The notes under the pieces are model-generated. The model saw only the letters and a list, made by a program, of their open reading frames with translations, was not told where the DNA came from and made no database searches. Source: an uncultured bacterium (lineage in GTDB: Bacteria > Edwardsbacteria > AC1 > EtOH8). From it: a stretch of 64,000 nt of DNA. Both the position numbers and the translations under genes were made by a program. The stretch spans positions 96,001 through 160,000 of the forward strand of contig CAWAAX010000003.1 in assembly GCA_963780225.1 (NCBI GenBank). Reading direction: 5' to 3'. This document shows positions 9,685 through 19,981 of this stretch, piece by piece (position 1 is the first letter of the stretch; each line of letters opens with the position of its first letter).

Positions 9685-10431
9685 TTAAAATTTTAATGAA
9701 TCATAGTCAGCTTCCGTCAGATGCCCATATTGCAGCATTTTATCTGCAATCCATTTCCGGCGGGTGGACATTCGTTTGCTCTCGGCAAAGGGCCCGTATC
9801 TCCGGGGATTGATGATGATCGAAGCCATTCTGATGGCCTGCTCAGAGGATAGTTGCGAAACCTCACAACCGAAGTAAAAGTGCGAGGCCGCCTGGCATCC
9901 GAACAGGCCCGGCCCCCATTCGATGTAATTCAGGTAGAGCTCGAAGATCCGGGCCTTGCTTAGCCGGTCGTCCATCCGCCGGGCCAGCACCGCTTCGGAG
10001 ATCTTCCGGGTCAGGCTCTTGGAAGTGGACAGGTAAAGGTTTTTAGCCAACTGCATGGTGATGGTGGAAGCACCCCGGGCCCAACGCTTTTTCTTCCAGT
10101 CGGTCTTGATGGCCTCCTTGATCTCGCCATAGTCGATCCCCTGATGGGAAAAGAAGGCGGCGTCCTCGGCCACCAGCACTGCGTTTTTTAGATACGGGGA
10201 GATCTGCCCATAGGGCACGAACTCCTGGTTGGGCGAAAAAGACTGTCCTCTGGACTGGGCCTCTTTCCGGCGCTGCTCCATCAGGGCGGTGGTCTTGGGG
10301 TTCCTGGTCTTTAACTCCTCTATCTGCGGCAGATGGAGCATATCCCAGGCCACCGAAGCCAAGACATAGGTAGTCAGGATGACCAAGCCCCAGATAGTCA
10401 AACGTTTTATTTTATCCGTCAGTTTGCGCAT
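9685..10431 (-). CDS. mtgA: Monofunctional peptidoglycan transglycosylase
   Basis: AEDAAFFSHQG, RGASTITMQLAKNL, RKISE, ELYLNYIEWG GT51 motifs. Confidence 0.92.
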   Translation of the reverse strand: MRKLTDKIKRLTIWGLVILTTYVLASVAWDMLHLPQIEELKTRNPKTTALMEQRRKEAQSRGQSFSPNQEFVPYGQISPYLKNAVLVAEDAAFFSHQGIDYGEIKEAIKTDWKKKRWARGASTITMQLAKNLYLSTSKSLTRKISEAVLARRMDDRLSKARIFELYLNYIEWGPGLFGCQAASHFYFGCEVSQLSSEQAIRMASIIINPRRYGPFAESKRMSTRRKWIADKMLQYGHLTEADYDSLKF

Positions 10432-10504
10432 GGGTGAATTATCCGATATCGGGTTTAAGAAGTCAAGCTATATCCAAATATAACTTTAAACCAGGAGATG
10501 AAAG

Positions 10505-11035
10505 ATGCGATACTTCCTCATTGCCGCGGTATGTTGTTGTGCAGTGTTTTTTATCGGCGGCTGCGGGTCTAATCAGCGTGATCAGGAGTATCTCCGCGCC
10601 ATAAGGCCGCTGGTGGTTCAGTACGCCGAGCTGGCCAACGACTTCAGCAACTGTCTGCCCGAGGATTTTGCCAAATTCTCGGAAAACATCGAAATCCTGC
10701 GCAAGCAGGCGATCCTGGTCTATCCGCCGTCCTCCAGGAAGCTGCGCCGGTTCAATGACGATTTCATAAACCTGCTGAAGGAGGCAAAAAAGACCGGGTT
10801 TACCTTCGGCACCGAGCTGCTGGACTGTGAGGAGCAGGCCTCCGCCATCAAGGACTATGACAAAAAGGTTGATATTGCCGACAAGTGGCGGTGGGAGGCG
10901 CGGGAATCGTCGCAGGGCTTCGCCGAGGCCCACCAGAAGCTGAAACCATTCATGCAGAAAACCTTTGAGTATCCGGTGGGTGACATAGACCTCAAGGGAG
11001 CTATAGACGGCTTCTCCAAGAGGCTGACGCAATAA
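10505..11035 (+). CDS. Hypothetical lipoprotein
   Basis: Signal peptide with IGGC lipobox; helical body. Confidence 0.6.
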   Translation: MRYFLIAAVCCCAVFFIGGCGSNQRDQEYLRAIRPLVVQYAELANDFSNCLPEDFAKFSENIEILRKQAILVYPPSSRKLRRFNDDFINLLKEAKKTGFTFGTELLDCEEQASAIKDYDKKVDIADKWRWEARESSQGFAEAHQKLKPFMQKTFEYPVGDIDLKGAIDGFSKRLTQ

Positions 11036-11145
11036 CCTTACGCTATCTGCATATCCGCCAAGAATAAATACGTTGACCGTAGCCGCGCAAGGAACTCCGG
11101 TACCGGGACAAGTACCTTTGATTTAAAACAACTATAGGAGATCTT

Positions 11146-11691
11146 ATGGAACGGAACGAGGCCAAAGCGCTACTGGAACAGACCATTCCCAACAAAAATC
11201 TTCAAAAGCACATGCTGGCGGCCGAGGCCTGCATGCGGGAGCTGGCCACCCATTTCAACGAGGACGCAGACCAGTGGGGCCTGGCCGGGCTGCTGCACGA
11301 CCTGGACTACGACCAGACGGTGAACGATTTCCCCAACCACGGCAAGGTCACCGCCCAAATGCTGGAGGGCAAGGGCATTCCGGACGATGTTATCCACGCC
11401 ATCCAGGCCCATCCCGGGCATGTGGAGGCCAAGTCAAAAATGGATTACGCCCTGTATGCGGCGGATTCCCTGACCGGCCTCATAGTCGCCGCAGCCCTGA
11501 TGCACCCCAGCAAGAAGCTGGCCAACGTGGACCTGCCGTTCATCATGAAGCGCTACAAGGAAAAGCGCTTTGCGGCCGGGGCCAACCGGGAGCAGATCCA
11601 AACCTGCGACCGGCTGGGGCTGAGTTTGGAGGATTTTGTGGGGAAGTGCTTGAAGGCGATGCAGGGGATATCGGACGAGCTGGGGCTCTAA
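11146..11691 (+). CDS. HDIG-domain metal-dependent hydrolase
   Basis: H...LLHDLDY...H...H...D motifs, KEKRFAAG motif. Confidence 0.85.
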   Translation: MERNEAKALLEQTIPNKNLQKHMLAAEACMRELATHFNEDADQWGLAGLLHDLDYDQTVNDFPNHGKVTAQMLEGKGIPDDVIHAIQAHPGHVEAKSKMDYALYAADSLTGLIVAAALMHPSKKLANVDLPFIMKRYKEKRFAAGANREQIQTCDRLGLSLEDFVGKCLKAMQGISDELGL

Positions 11692-11773
11692 CTAAGTTTG
11701 AAACGTTTGAAATGTTGGAAAGGTTAAAAAACGTTAGAACAATAGACAAATAGAAATATACGAGATAAACAAA

Positions 11774-12295
11774 ATGATCAAATCCTATAAAAACAAAACT
11801 CCCAAGATCAGCCCCGCCGTCTTCGTGGCCGAGACAGCGGTCATCATCGGCGACGTAGAGATAGGGGAGAAGTCCAGCATCTGGTACGGGGTGGCCATCC
11901 GGGCGGACATCAACCACGTTCGCATCGGCAAGGAGACCAACATCCAGGAGAACACGGTGATCCACGTGGACCTGAACGACCGGGGGCTGGGCGACTGCGC
12001 CACCATCATCGGCGACCGGGTCACTGTCGGGCACGGGGCCATACTGCACGGCTGCAAGATAGAGGACGACTGTTTGATAGGCATGGGGGCCACGGTGCTG
12101 TCCGGGGCAAAGATAGGAGCCGGTTCAGTCATCGCGGCCGGGGCCCTGGTCAAGGAAGGCCAGCAGATCCCGCCCCGCTCCATGGTGATGGGCATGCCGG
12201 CCGAGGTCAAGCGACAGCTGCCGGAAGAGGCGGTGGAGAAGATCCGGGCCAGCGCCCGGCACTATGTGGAGCTGGCGGAAGAGTATAAGAAATAA
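11774..12295 (+). CDS. Gamma carbonic anhydrase family protein
   Basis: Hexapeptide repeats, NIQEN.VIH, VGHGAILHGC. Confidence 0.92.
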   Translation: MIKSYKNKTPKISPAVFVAETAVIIGDVEIGEKSSIWYGVAIRADINHVRIGKETNIQENTVIHVDLNDRGLGDCATIIGDRVTVGHGAILHGCKIEDDCLIGMGATVLSGAKIGAGSVIAAGALVKEGQQIPPRSMVMGMPAEVKRQLPEEAVEKIRASARHYVELAEEYKK

Positions 12296-12473
12296 CGGGG
12301 TTTACCGGGGAAGACAGGATTTACATGATTTTCCTTTATACTGGATAGGCCTACTCAATAGCCCGATTTATCGGGCTTGATGATATCCAGCGATGTTGTT
12401 CCCTGTCCGCCTTTGGCGGAATGGCATCGCTATGAAGTACCACGATATCTTTAAAGGTTCAGCTACTATATAG

Positions 12474-14450
12474 ATGAAGAACTTAAAAACATATTATTGG
12501 GACCTAATTCCCAAACCTTTGCTGATCAGCGTTGCGGGCCTGGTCTATCTGTTGTTCTGCTATGAACTCCTCCGGCTGGGCTTCCTGGTCGCCAACCGCC
12601 AGTATTTTGCCGGCGTGCCAGCCGGGCAGGTGCTGTGGGCCTTTGTCTACGGTCTTCGCTTCGACCTCTCGGCCTTGTTGATGCTGAACGGGGTCATTTT
12701 GCTGTTGTACAACCTGCCGGGCTTTCCCGGGCGGTTTCAATGGTATTCCAAAACAATGCTGGCGCTCTTCTGGCTGGTGAACATACCGGGCTTCATCGTC
12801 AACCTGACAGATTACGGCTACTACGGCTTCACCCAGCGACGCCTGATGTTCGAATTGTTTGCCATGCCCAGGGAAACGATGGACATGGTTCCCAGCCTAG
12901 TCCGGGGTTACTGGCCTCTTTTCCTGCTTTTGGCAGTGCTGACGGGTCTGTTCATATATTCCAGCCTTAAATTATTTTCCCGGTTGGATAAAAAGACCGC
13001 CTACAAATTCAACCCATTCACCGAATTGCTAAGCCTGATTCTGATCATCGGGTTGGCGGTGCTGGGGATCCGGGGAGGCCTGCAGTCCAAGCCCATCCGG
13101 CAGAACCACGCCTTCTTCAGCGAAAGCAGGGCAGCGGGGTACCTGGCCCTCAACTCCACCTTCACCGTGCTGCGCAGCCTTAGCCAGCCTAAGCTGGCGG
13201 AATTCCAGTTCATGCCCCGGGAGCAGGCCCAGGATTTGGTCGAGGCGATGCTCCTCGATCCCAACGAGACCATGGCGAACCGGGAGTATCCCTTCTTAAG
13301 GCAAAAGCAGTTTCCTGATGCCGAAAAAAAACTGAACGTAGTGATTTTCATCATGGAAAGCTGGTCGGCCGGGCAGATCGGTGCTTTAAGCGAAGGGCCT
13401 TCGGCCACGCCGTTCTTCGACAGCCTGTCCCGCCAGGGCATCTTATATACAAACTTCATGGCTAACTCCCAGCGTTCGCTGGAGGCGGTGCCGGCCATTC
13501 TCACCTCCATCCCGGCCTTCTACAACAATCACTCCTTCATAAACTCGCAGGCCGAGATGAACCGGGTGATGGGTCTGGGGCACATCCTGTTAAAACGGGG
13601 ATACACCACCTCGTTCCACCACGGGGCCAAGGTGGGTTCCATGGGCTTTGACGCCTACGCCCGCACCGCCGGATTTCTGAAATACTACGGCAAGGAGGAC
13701 TTTCCCGGACTGGCCGATTCCCTGCAGGACGGCACCTGGGGGGTTTACGACGAGGAATTCTTTGGCGACGCCCTGTCGCGGATGAACAGTTTTAATAAAC
13801 CATTCGCCTCGGTGATCTTCTCTTTGTCGCCGCACGATCCCCTCAAGATACCAAGATACCGCGAGTCCCTGTTCGCTGAATACAAGGATGACGACAAGTT
13901 CCGGCGGGCTTTGAGGTATTCTGATCTCAGCCTGAAGGCATTTTTCGAAAAAGCCCGGAACCAGGACTGGTACGAAAACACCGTATTCATAATAACCGGC
14001 GACCATCCTTACCACTCGATGCGCAATAACTTTGCCTCCATCTTCCAGGTGCCGCTGTTGATCTACCGTCCTAAAGGCCTGGCGCCGGGCCGGGATGACG
14101 GCATCGGTTCCCAGGTGGACATCCTGCCCACGGTTTTGGACCTGCTCAGCCTCTCCACCACCCACGCCTCCATGGGCAGTTCGCTGCTCTCCGGCAAAAA
14201 GGAGCATTATGCGGTGGTGCGGCACGGGGCGGAGTTCGCCGTTTTCGACAACCGATTGGTTTTGGTCAGCGACCTGGAGAAGATCAACGGCTTGTATGAT
14301 CACCGGAAAGACAGCGGTTTTAAGAATGACCTGCAAACAGCAAGGCCGGAAGAAGCCGGGAAACTGTTTGAGTATCTGCGGGCCTATATCCAGCAGGCCT
14401 CGTATGCCATTGCCCGGGACAGGATATGTAGAGAGGAAGATATCCGGTAA
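12474..14450 (+). CDS. LTA synthase family / sulfatase-like membrane protein
   Basis: N-terminal transmembrane helices, IMESWS, TGDH, GSQVDILPT motifs. Confidence 0.85.
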   Translation: MKNLKTYYWDLIPKPLLISVAGLVYLLFCYELLRLGFLVANRQYFAGVPAGQVLWAFVYGLRFDLSALLMLNGVILLLYNLPGFPGRFQWYSKTMLALFWLVNIPGFIVNLTDYGYYGFTQRRLMFELFAMPRETMDMVPSLVRGYWPLFLLLAVLTGLFIYSSLKLFSRLDKKTAYKFNPFTELLSLILIIGLAVLGIRGGLQSKPIRQNHAFFSESRAAGYLALNSTFTVLRSLSQPKLAEFQFMPREQAQDLVEAMLLDPNETMANREYPFLRQKQFPDAEKKLNVVIFIMESWSAGQIGALSEGPSATPFFDSLSRQGILYTNFMANSQRSLEAVPAILTSIPAFYNNHSFINSQAEMNRVMGLGHILLKRGYTTSFHHGAKVGSMGFDAYARTAGFLKYYGKEDFPGLADSLQDGTWGVYDEEFFGDALSRMNSFNKPFASVIFSLSPHDPLKIPRYRESLFAEYKDDDKFRRALRYSDLSLKAFFEKARNQDWYENTVFIITGDHPYHSMRNNFASIFQVPLLIYRPKGLAPGRDDGIGSQVDILPTVLDLLSLSTTHASMGSSLLSGKKEHYAVVRHGAEFAVFDNRLVLVSDLEKINGLYDHRKDSGFKNDLQTARPEEAGKLFEYLRAYIQQASYAIARDRICREEDIR

Positions 14451-14452
14451 TT

Positions 14453-14479
14453 GTAGGGACACGGCATGCCGTGTCCTAC
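14453..14479. repeat. GTAG-type REP palindrome upstream of the RAYT
   Basis: gtagggacacggcatgccgtgtcctac; second copy at 14782-14807 inside the gene. Confidence 0.85.
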
Positions 14480-14502
14480 GAGGTATCGCCAAATACAACG
14501 TT

Positions 14503-15070
14503 ATGTCTATTAACAGCCCCAAATACCAAAGAAAATCCATCCGCCTGCCGGAATACGATTATTCCCAGGAAGGCGCATATTTCATAACCGTCTGCACCCA
14601 AGATAGATCGTGTCTTTTTGGTAAAATCATCAACAGCCGGATGGAATTGAACGGATATGGAGAGATCGCGGATCAATGCTGGCAAGAAATCCCACAACAT
14701 TTTACAAATGTTCTATTGGGCGAATATATCATAATGCCTAATCACATTCATGGCACTATTATAATTACCGAACCCACCTTCAGGGACACGGCATGCCGTG
14801 TCCCTACCATCAGGCGTATCGTTTGGGAAACCGCAGACAGGGTCATTGTCAACAATTGTTCGTTCATACAAATCTGCGGTAACCAGACAAATCAATGTTG
14901 TTCGGGTAAAAAACAAACCAGCAATTTGGCAAAGCCGGTTTTACGAGCACGTCATCCGCAATGATAAATCATACAATAAAATAAGACGTTATATCGTTGA
15001 TAACCCCCTGTGTTGGCCACAAGATGATGAAAATCCCAACCGCTTAATGATCCGTGAAATTAAAACATAA
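14503..15070 (+). mobile_element. REP-associated tyrosine transposase (RAYT, IS200-like HUH), frameshifted near 14780
   Basis: RKSIRLPEYDYS, YFITVCT, MPNHIHG (HUH) in frame 1; WQSRFYEHVIR and YIVDNP in frame 2. Confidence 0.85.
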
Positions 15071-15082
15071 AAGGAGGCCATC

Positions 15083-15811
15083 ATGAAAACCGCGATCGCA
15101 TCCTATTTGCTGTTAGTTTTGGCAAGCACCATCTCCGCCGACCCGTTGGCCCAGTTTTCCAGCGACACCATCGAGACCAACGACGGTTCGCTGACCATCT
15201 ACTTCATCGGCCATGCCACAATAATGATGAAGTACAAGAACCTGGTCATCCACGTGGATCCGGTGAACGAGTTTGCTGATTACAAGAAGATGCCCAAAGC
15301 CGACCTGATACTGGTCACCCACGAACACCACGATCACTTTGACGCCGCGGCCATTGCGGCCCTGACCAAGAAGGGCACGGCGGTGGTGCTGAACAATTCT
15401 GCCCGCAATCTGCTCAAGTCCGGGCAGGCGCTGGAGCAGGGCGACAGCGCCATCATCCATGGCATCAATATCAGAGCGATACCGGCCTACAACACCACTG
15501 CCGGCCGGGACAAGTTCCATCCCCAGGGCCGGGACAACGGCTACGTGCTTACCATCGGCGGCAGGAACATCTACATCGCCGGGGACACCGAGAACACGCC
15601 GGAGATGTCACAGCTCAAGGACATCGACATCGCCTTCCTTCCCATGAACCAGCCCTATACCATGACTCCGGAACAGCTGGCCCGGGCGGTCAATGATTTC
15701 AAGCCCGGGATTGTCTACCCCTACCATTACGGGGAGACGGACCTCACGATCCTGCCGGGGTTGTTGAAAGACCAGAAACAGACCGAGCTCCGCATCCGTC
15801 CTATGAAGTGA
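15083..15811 (+). CDS. MBL-fold metallo-hydrolase
   Basis: THEHHDH, YIAGDT, YPYHY motifs; signal peptide. Confidence 0.88.
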   Translation: MKTAIASYLLLVLASTISADPLAQFSSDTIETNDGSLTIYFIGHATIMMKYKNLVIHVDPVNEFADYKKMPKADLILVTHEHHDHFDAAAIAALTKKGTAVVLNNSARNLLKSGQALEQGDSAIIHGINIRAIPAYNTTAGRDKFHPQGRDNGYVLTIGGRNIYIAGDTENTPEMSQLKDIDIAFLPMNQPYTMTPEQLARAVNDFKPGIVYPYHYGETDLTILPGLLKDQKQTELRIRPMK

Positions 15812-15995
15812 GCGGGGGACACGATCCGCAGACGTTGTAGTGAGCGTTAGCCGAACTATTCCTGCAGATTTTCGCAGATAATTTATGTCAGACTTTTTTC
15901 TGCGGTAGACCAGAACAATGCTCCGATAGTTTGGACTTGCTTTAAGGGACGAAAAGCGGTAAAATAAAAACCAAGTCAACAAAAGGTGTTAAATC

Positions 15996-16859
15996 TTGAA
16001 TATTAGTTACTACTGGCGGGAAGCCATCTCCGGCATGAGGCGGGCCAAGCTGTTAAGCCTGCTTTCCGTCTCCAGCATCACCGCAGCCCTGTTCCTGCTG
16101 GGGACCTTTTTGCTGGTGACCCTCAATTTCATGGGTGCCGTCAATAGCCTCAAGGGCAAGTTCCAAATTCAAGCCTTTATCAGCGACGGAGCGGAAATGC
16201 AGGAGATCAATGGAACTAAGCGGCTGATAGAAGAGGTGCAAGGGATCAGCCAGGTCCGCTACATCTCCAAACAGGAGGCCCTGGAAGAGTTCCGGCAGGA
16301 AATGGGGGCGGCCAGCGATTTTCTGGAAGTATTGGAGAACAACCCTTTGCCCCGGTCCTTCAAGATATCGCTCAACCCCGACCATCAGAATCCCCAGGCC
16401 ATCGCCCGGATCTCCGAGGACATCGCCAAACTGCCCGGGGTGGAAGAGGTGGAATACGGCAAATCCTGGCTGGTCAAGCTTTACCGCATCGGCAGCCTGC
16501 TGGTGGCCATAGATTTTTCATTGCTGATCATAGTCAGCGCTGCGGTGCTGATAGTCGTCTTCAACACCATCCGGCTGACCCTTTACGCCCGGCGCCCGGC
16601 CATCGAGATCATGCGGCTGGTGGGGGCCACCGACGGCTTCATCCGCCGGCCCTTCCTGCTGGAGGGCTTTCTGCAGGGGGCTCTGGGCAGCCTGATTGGG
16701 CTGGTTATGCTTTATGCCGGCTGGCGGCTGGTGTCCTCCCAGTTTGGGATGCTGAGGTTTTTCACTTTGAGGGAAACGGGCCTGCTGTTTGGGTTCGGGC
16801 TGGTGCTGGGGGCTTTGGGCAGCTGGGGCGCGGCCCGGGTATTCCTGAAAAGGATTTAG
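15996..16859 (+). CDS. ftsX: Cell division permease FtsX
   Basis: NPLPRSF, NTIRLT, IMRLVGATDGFIRRPFLLEG; TTG start. Confidence 0.88.
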   Translation: MNISYYWREAISGMRRAKLLSLLSVSSITAALFLLGTFLLVTLNFMGAVNSLKGKFQIQAFISDGAEMQEINGTKRLIEEVQGISQVRYISKQEALEEFRQEMGAASDFLEVLENNPLPRSFKISLNPDHQNPQAIARISEDIAKLPGVEEVEYGKSWLVKLYRIGSLLVAIDFSLLIIVSAAVLIVVFNTIRLTLYARRPAIEIMRLVGATDGFIRRPFLLEGFLQGALGSLIGLVMLYAGWRLVSSQFGMLRFFTLRETGLLFGFGLVLGALGSWGAARVFLKRI

Positions 16860-16914
16860 AACTCAACCCCTATTTCCCCTTCTCTTTCAAAGAGAAGGGG
16901 ACAGGGGATGAGTT
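16860..16914. repeat. Palindromic repeat family B (CCCCTTCTCT...AGAGAAGGGG)
   Basis: Second copy at 36125-36202. Confidence 0.75.
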
Positions 16915-16978
16915 TCAAGTAACAGGCTGGAAGTTCATCTTACTAATATGATTAAAAAATTAATGTTTGGACTGCAAA

Positions 16979-17494
16979 ATGAAGAAAACCACCCCGGAGT
17001 ATTTTTACACAGTTTACCGGTCACCCATTGGCCAGCTGCACCTGGTAGCCAGTTCCAAAGGGCTGGTGGCGCTGTGTTTCACCAAGCAGTCCTTTGACAG
17101 GCTGCTTAAAGGCAGTCAATTTGCAGGGATCAAACCGGAAAGATCGGACCGGCAGTTCAAATCGCTGCTTAAACAACTGGATGCATATTTCAAGGGCCGT
17201 CCAATCAAGTTCGTTTACCAGGCAGACCTTCTGTCCGGCACCGGGTTCCAAAAGGCGGTCTGGCAGAAATTATCGGGATTGTTGCCGGGCCAACTTACCA
17301 CCTATGGGTCTCTGGCCAGGGAGATCAAACGGCCCAAGTCCTTCCGGGCGGTAGGCCAGGCGGTAGGGGCCAACCCATTACCTATAATCATTCCCTGTCA
17401 CAGGGTGATCTCCTCCATCGGCAAATTGGGCGGGTTTACCGGGGGCATTGGTTTAAAGAAAAAACTATTAAGCATAGAGGGAATAAAAATATGA
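16979..17494 (+). CDS. ogt: Methylated-DNA-protein-cysteine S-methyltransferase
   Basis: RAVGQAVGANP and IPCHRV active site. Confidence 0.92.
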   Translation: MKKTTPEYFYTVYRSPIGQLHLVASSKGLVALCFTKQSFDRLLKGSQFAGIKPERSDRQFKSLLKQLDAYFKGRPIKFVYQADLLSGTGFQKAVWQKLSGLLPGQLTTYGSLAREIKRPKSFRAVGQAVGANPLPIIIPCHRVISSIGKLGGFTGGIGLKKKLLSIEGIKI

Positions 17495-17871
17495 TCCAAA
17501 GCCAAAGTGGGTCCGAAAGACGGAGGTTTCTGCGTCTGCCGTTGGAGATCAAGGTTCATTTCAAGGCCCTCAAGGAGGGGGTTTTGGACGTCAAGGGGTT
17601 AAAGCTGGCCCGGGTCAAGGACCTAAGCACCGGCGGGGTGCTGTTTTCCGCACCAAAAAAAATGGCGGCCAACCAGGTGCTGCAGATGAGAATCAATTTC
17701 ATCCGGGCCGGCAAGCCGGTGGAAATGGCCGCCATTGCCCGGGTGGCCCGCTGCCAGAAGGCCAAGACAGGATACAACGTGGGGGTGGAGTTCCTGCAGG
17801 TCTATTCCGAGGACCTGAAAACCCTGGAAAGTTTCATCTCCCGTAAGGCCAAAGTCAAAAAGCCGTTGTAA
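17491..17871 (+). CDS. PilZ domain c-di-GMP-binding protein
   Basis: ERRRFLR (RxxxR) and DLSTGG (DxSxxG) motifs. Confidence 0.88.
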   Translation: MIQSQSGSERRRFLRLPLEIKVHFKALKEGVLDVKGLKLARVKDLSTGGVLFSAPKKMAANQVLQMRINFIRAGKPVEMAAIARVARCQKAKTGYNVGVEFLQVYSEDLKTLESFISRKAKVKKPL

Positions 17872-18112
17872 AAATTTGCTTTACAATATTGCAAGAGATA
17901 TTGTATAATTACCTATAGGTGTGCAGAAAAGGACCATCCCACTAAATACACTAAAGGACTTCAATTGGCAACCAATTTTCGTGCTTTTAGCGGGCAATAG
18001 GTCACGGTGGTTTTCGTAATTCGGCATTCTTAATTCGTAATTCAGTTTGGGGCGTCCTTCGGTAGCAAAACAAGCGGGTCTTCTCAGGATGACGCAGCAA
18101 TTCTCTGGAGTA

Positions 18113-18191
18113 GGGCGATTAGCTCAGTTTTGGTTAGAGCGCATGCTTGACATGTATGAGGTCACAGGTTCGAGTCCTGTATCGCCCACCA
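18113..18191 (+). tRNA. tRNA-Val (GAC)
   Basis: Acceptor stem gggcgat/atcgccc, anticodon arm catgc-ttGACat-gtatg, T-loop ggttcgagtcc, encoded CCA. Confidence 0.95.
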
Positions 18192-18200
18192 TATAGGAAT

Positions 18201-18229
18201 AGGGGTTATGGATTTATCCATAACCCCTT
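18201..18229 (+). terminator. Hairpin downstream of the tRNA
   Basis: aggggttatgga-ttta-tccataacccctt. Confidence 0.6.
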
Positions 18230-18361
18230 CGTATTTATGGGATGCACCAGGTTCAATCTATTCAAAAACGCCCTTGATGGTGGTGGCCTCCTACGGTTCT
18301 TCCCCTTCCACCAAATACGACTAAGGTTATAGTGGGCAGACGTATTTTGTAAAAATAGTGC

Positions 18362-18416
18362 TTGACAATAAAATATGAATGTGCGATAATGTCGGTATAA
18401 ATAAATATATACCGAC
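18362..18416 (+). promoter_or_regulatory. Sigma70 promoter plus inverted-repeat operator of the abiE operon
   Basis: TTGACA-17-GATAAT followed directly by gtcggtata-N8-tataccgac. Confidence 0.7.
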
Positions 18417-18434
18417 GAATGCGCACATAAGATA

Positions 18435-19034
18435 ATGACCAAGATAAAAAATCATAAAATTAACTCCATATTTAATAAATATGGAGTTATGCGAGCATGT
18501 GATGCTGAAAAGGAGGGAATACATCACGAATCTCTTCGGCGTCTTGTGAGTAGTGGTAAGCTTGAACGAATTGAGCGTGGGATGTATCGCCAACCCAGTT
18601 CGCTAATAACAGAAAACCATTCATATATCCAAGCATCAAAAAGAATACCACAAGGTGTAATTTGTCTTCTATCTGCACTGAGTTTTCATAAATTTACAGT
18701 TCAAATGCCTCGTCAGGTTTGGCTGGCGATAGATTTTAAGGCCCGGCTTCCCCGGAAAGGAGAGCTTAAAATTAAAATTGTAAGATTTTCGGGAAAAGCT
18801 CTTACCCAGGGTATTGTAGAATATATAATCGAAGGGGTCAACGTCAAAGTCTACAACCCCGCCAAGACCGTAGCCGACTGCTTCAAATATCGCCACAAAA
18901 TAGGCCTGGATGTGGCACTGGAGGCCCTTAAGGAGGGTTACCGGAAAAAGAAATTTACCATGGACGAGCTTTGGAAATATGCCAAGATCTGCCGGGTGGC
19001 CAATGTAATGCGGCCCTATATGGAGTCACTGTAA
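18435..19034 (+). CDS. abiEi: Type IV TA antitoxin, AbiEi family
   Basis: N-terminal wHTH LERIERGMY, CLLSALSFH, PAKTVADCFKYR; low GC. Confidence 0.85.
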   Translation: MTKIKNHKINSIFNKYGVMRACDAEKEGIHHESLRRLVSSGKLERIERGMYRQPSSLITENHSYIQASKRIPQGVICLLSALSFHKFTVQMPRQVWLAIDFKARLPRKGELKIKIVRFSGKALTQGIVEYIIEGVNVKVYNPAKTVADCFKYRHKIGLDVALEALKEGYRKKKFTMDELWKYAKICRVANVMRPYMESL

Positions 19035-19981
19035 TGGCGCAAAAGGCCGTAATAAATATTGCCGAGTCGGTCAAGGCAAGGTTGCTCCATATAGCAAAAA
19101 GGGATCAGGTAGATTTCAATCTGGTTCTAAATAACTATGTTTTGGAGCGTTTTTTATACCGGCTAAGCCGATCACAATGGAGTGACAGGTTTTTATTAAA
19201 GGGTGCGCTCTTATTCAGGCTTTGGTATAAAACGCCTTTTCGTCCTACCAGGGATATTGATCTTGAGGGAAAAACCAAGAACGATTTAAATGAAATAATT
19301 GAAATATTCAAAAAGATCTGCGATACTAAAGTTGCAGAAGACGGTATAGTGTTTTTGCCCGAAACAGTTAAAGGTGAAGAAAACAGGGAAGAAGAAGATT
19401 ATAACGGTATTAAGATAGTATTTCGTGCCAGGATCGATAGAACAGATATCCCAGTACAGGTGGATATTGGCTTTGGAGACGCAGTTGAACATAGTTCCCA
19501 AAAAGTTGGATATCCGGTATTGCTGGATTTCCCCATTCCCCAGATGTTAGTGTATCCTCTTTATTCAATGATATCTGAGAAATTCCAAATCATGGTAAAA
19601 ATGGGCATAACTAATAGCCGGATGAAAGATTACTATGATCTTTGGGTAATATCCCAGCATTCGGATATTGACGGGAAACTTCTATCCCAGGCCATAGAAG
19701 CTACTTTTAAGAAAAGAGGTACCCTCATTCCAACAGATATTCCACTATCTTTAGATGAACAATTTGCCGGAGATCATCTTAAGCAAAAGCAATGGACGGC
19801 ATTTCTAAAAAGAATCGATGTCCCGGAAATGACACCACCCTTAAAAGATATTATTGTTATTTTAAGGAGATTATTGATGCCCCTGGTAGCGGCACTTTTA
19901 AACGAAAAGCCTTACCTAAAAACATGGAAAGCTAGTAAGGGCTGGATGGAAAAGCTAACCAAACAATCAAGCATCTTTTAA
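19034..19981 (+). CDS. abiEii: Type IV TA toxin, AbiEii nucleotidyltransferase
   Basis: LKGALL, RPTRDIDL, SEK, SRMKDYYD motifs; TAATG overlap. Confidence 0.88.
   Translation: MAQKAVINIAESVKARLLHIAKRDQVDFNLVLNNYVLERFLYRLSRSQWSDRFLLKGALLFRLWYKTPFRPTRDIDLEGKTKNDLNEIIEIFKKICDTKVAEDGIVFLPETVKGEENREEEDYNGIKIVFRARIDRTDIPVQVDIGFGDAVEHSSQKVGYPVLLDFPIPQMLVYPLYSMISEKFQIMVKMGITNSRMKDYYDLWVISQHSDIDGKLLSQAIEATFKKRGTLIPTDIPLSLDEQFAGDHLKQKQWTAFLKRIDVPEMTPPLKDIIVILRRLLMPLVAALLNEKPYLKTWKASKGWMEKLTKQSSIF

Noticed and set aside
14095..14502. Long N-terminal extension of the transposase ORF
   Set aside because: Overlaps the sulfatase gene out of frame; RAYT similarity starts at the ATG at 14503.
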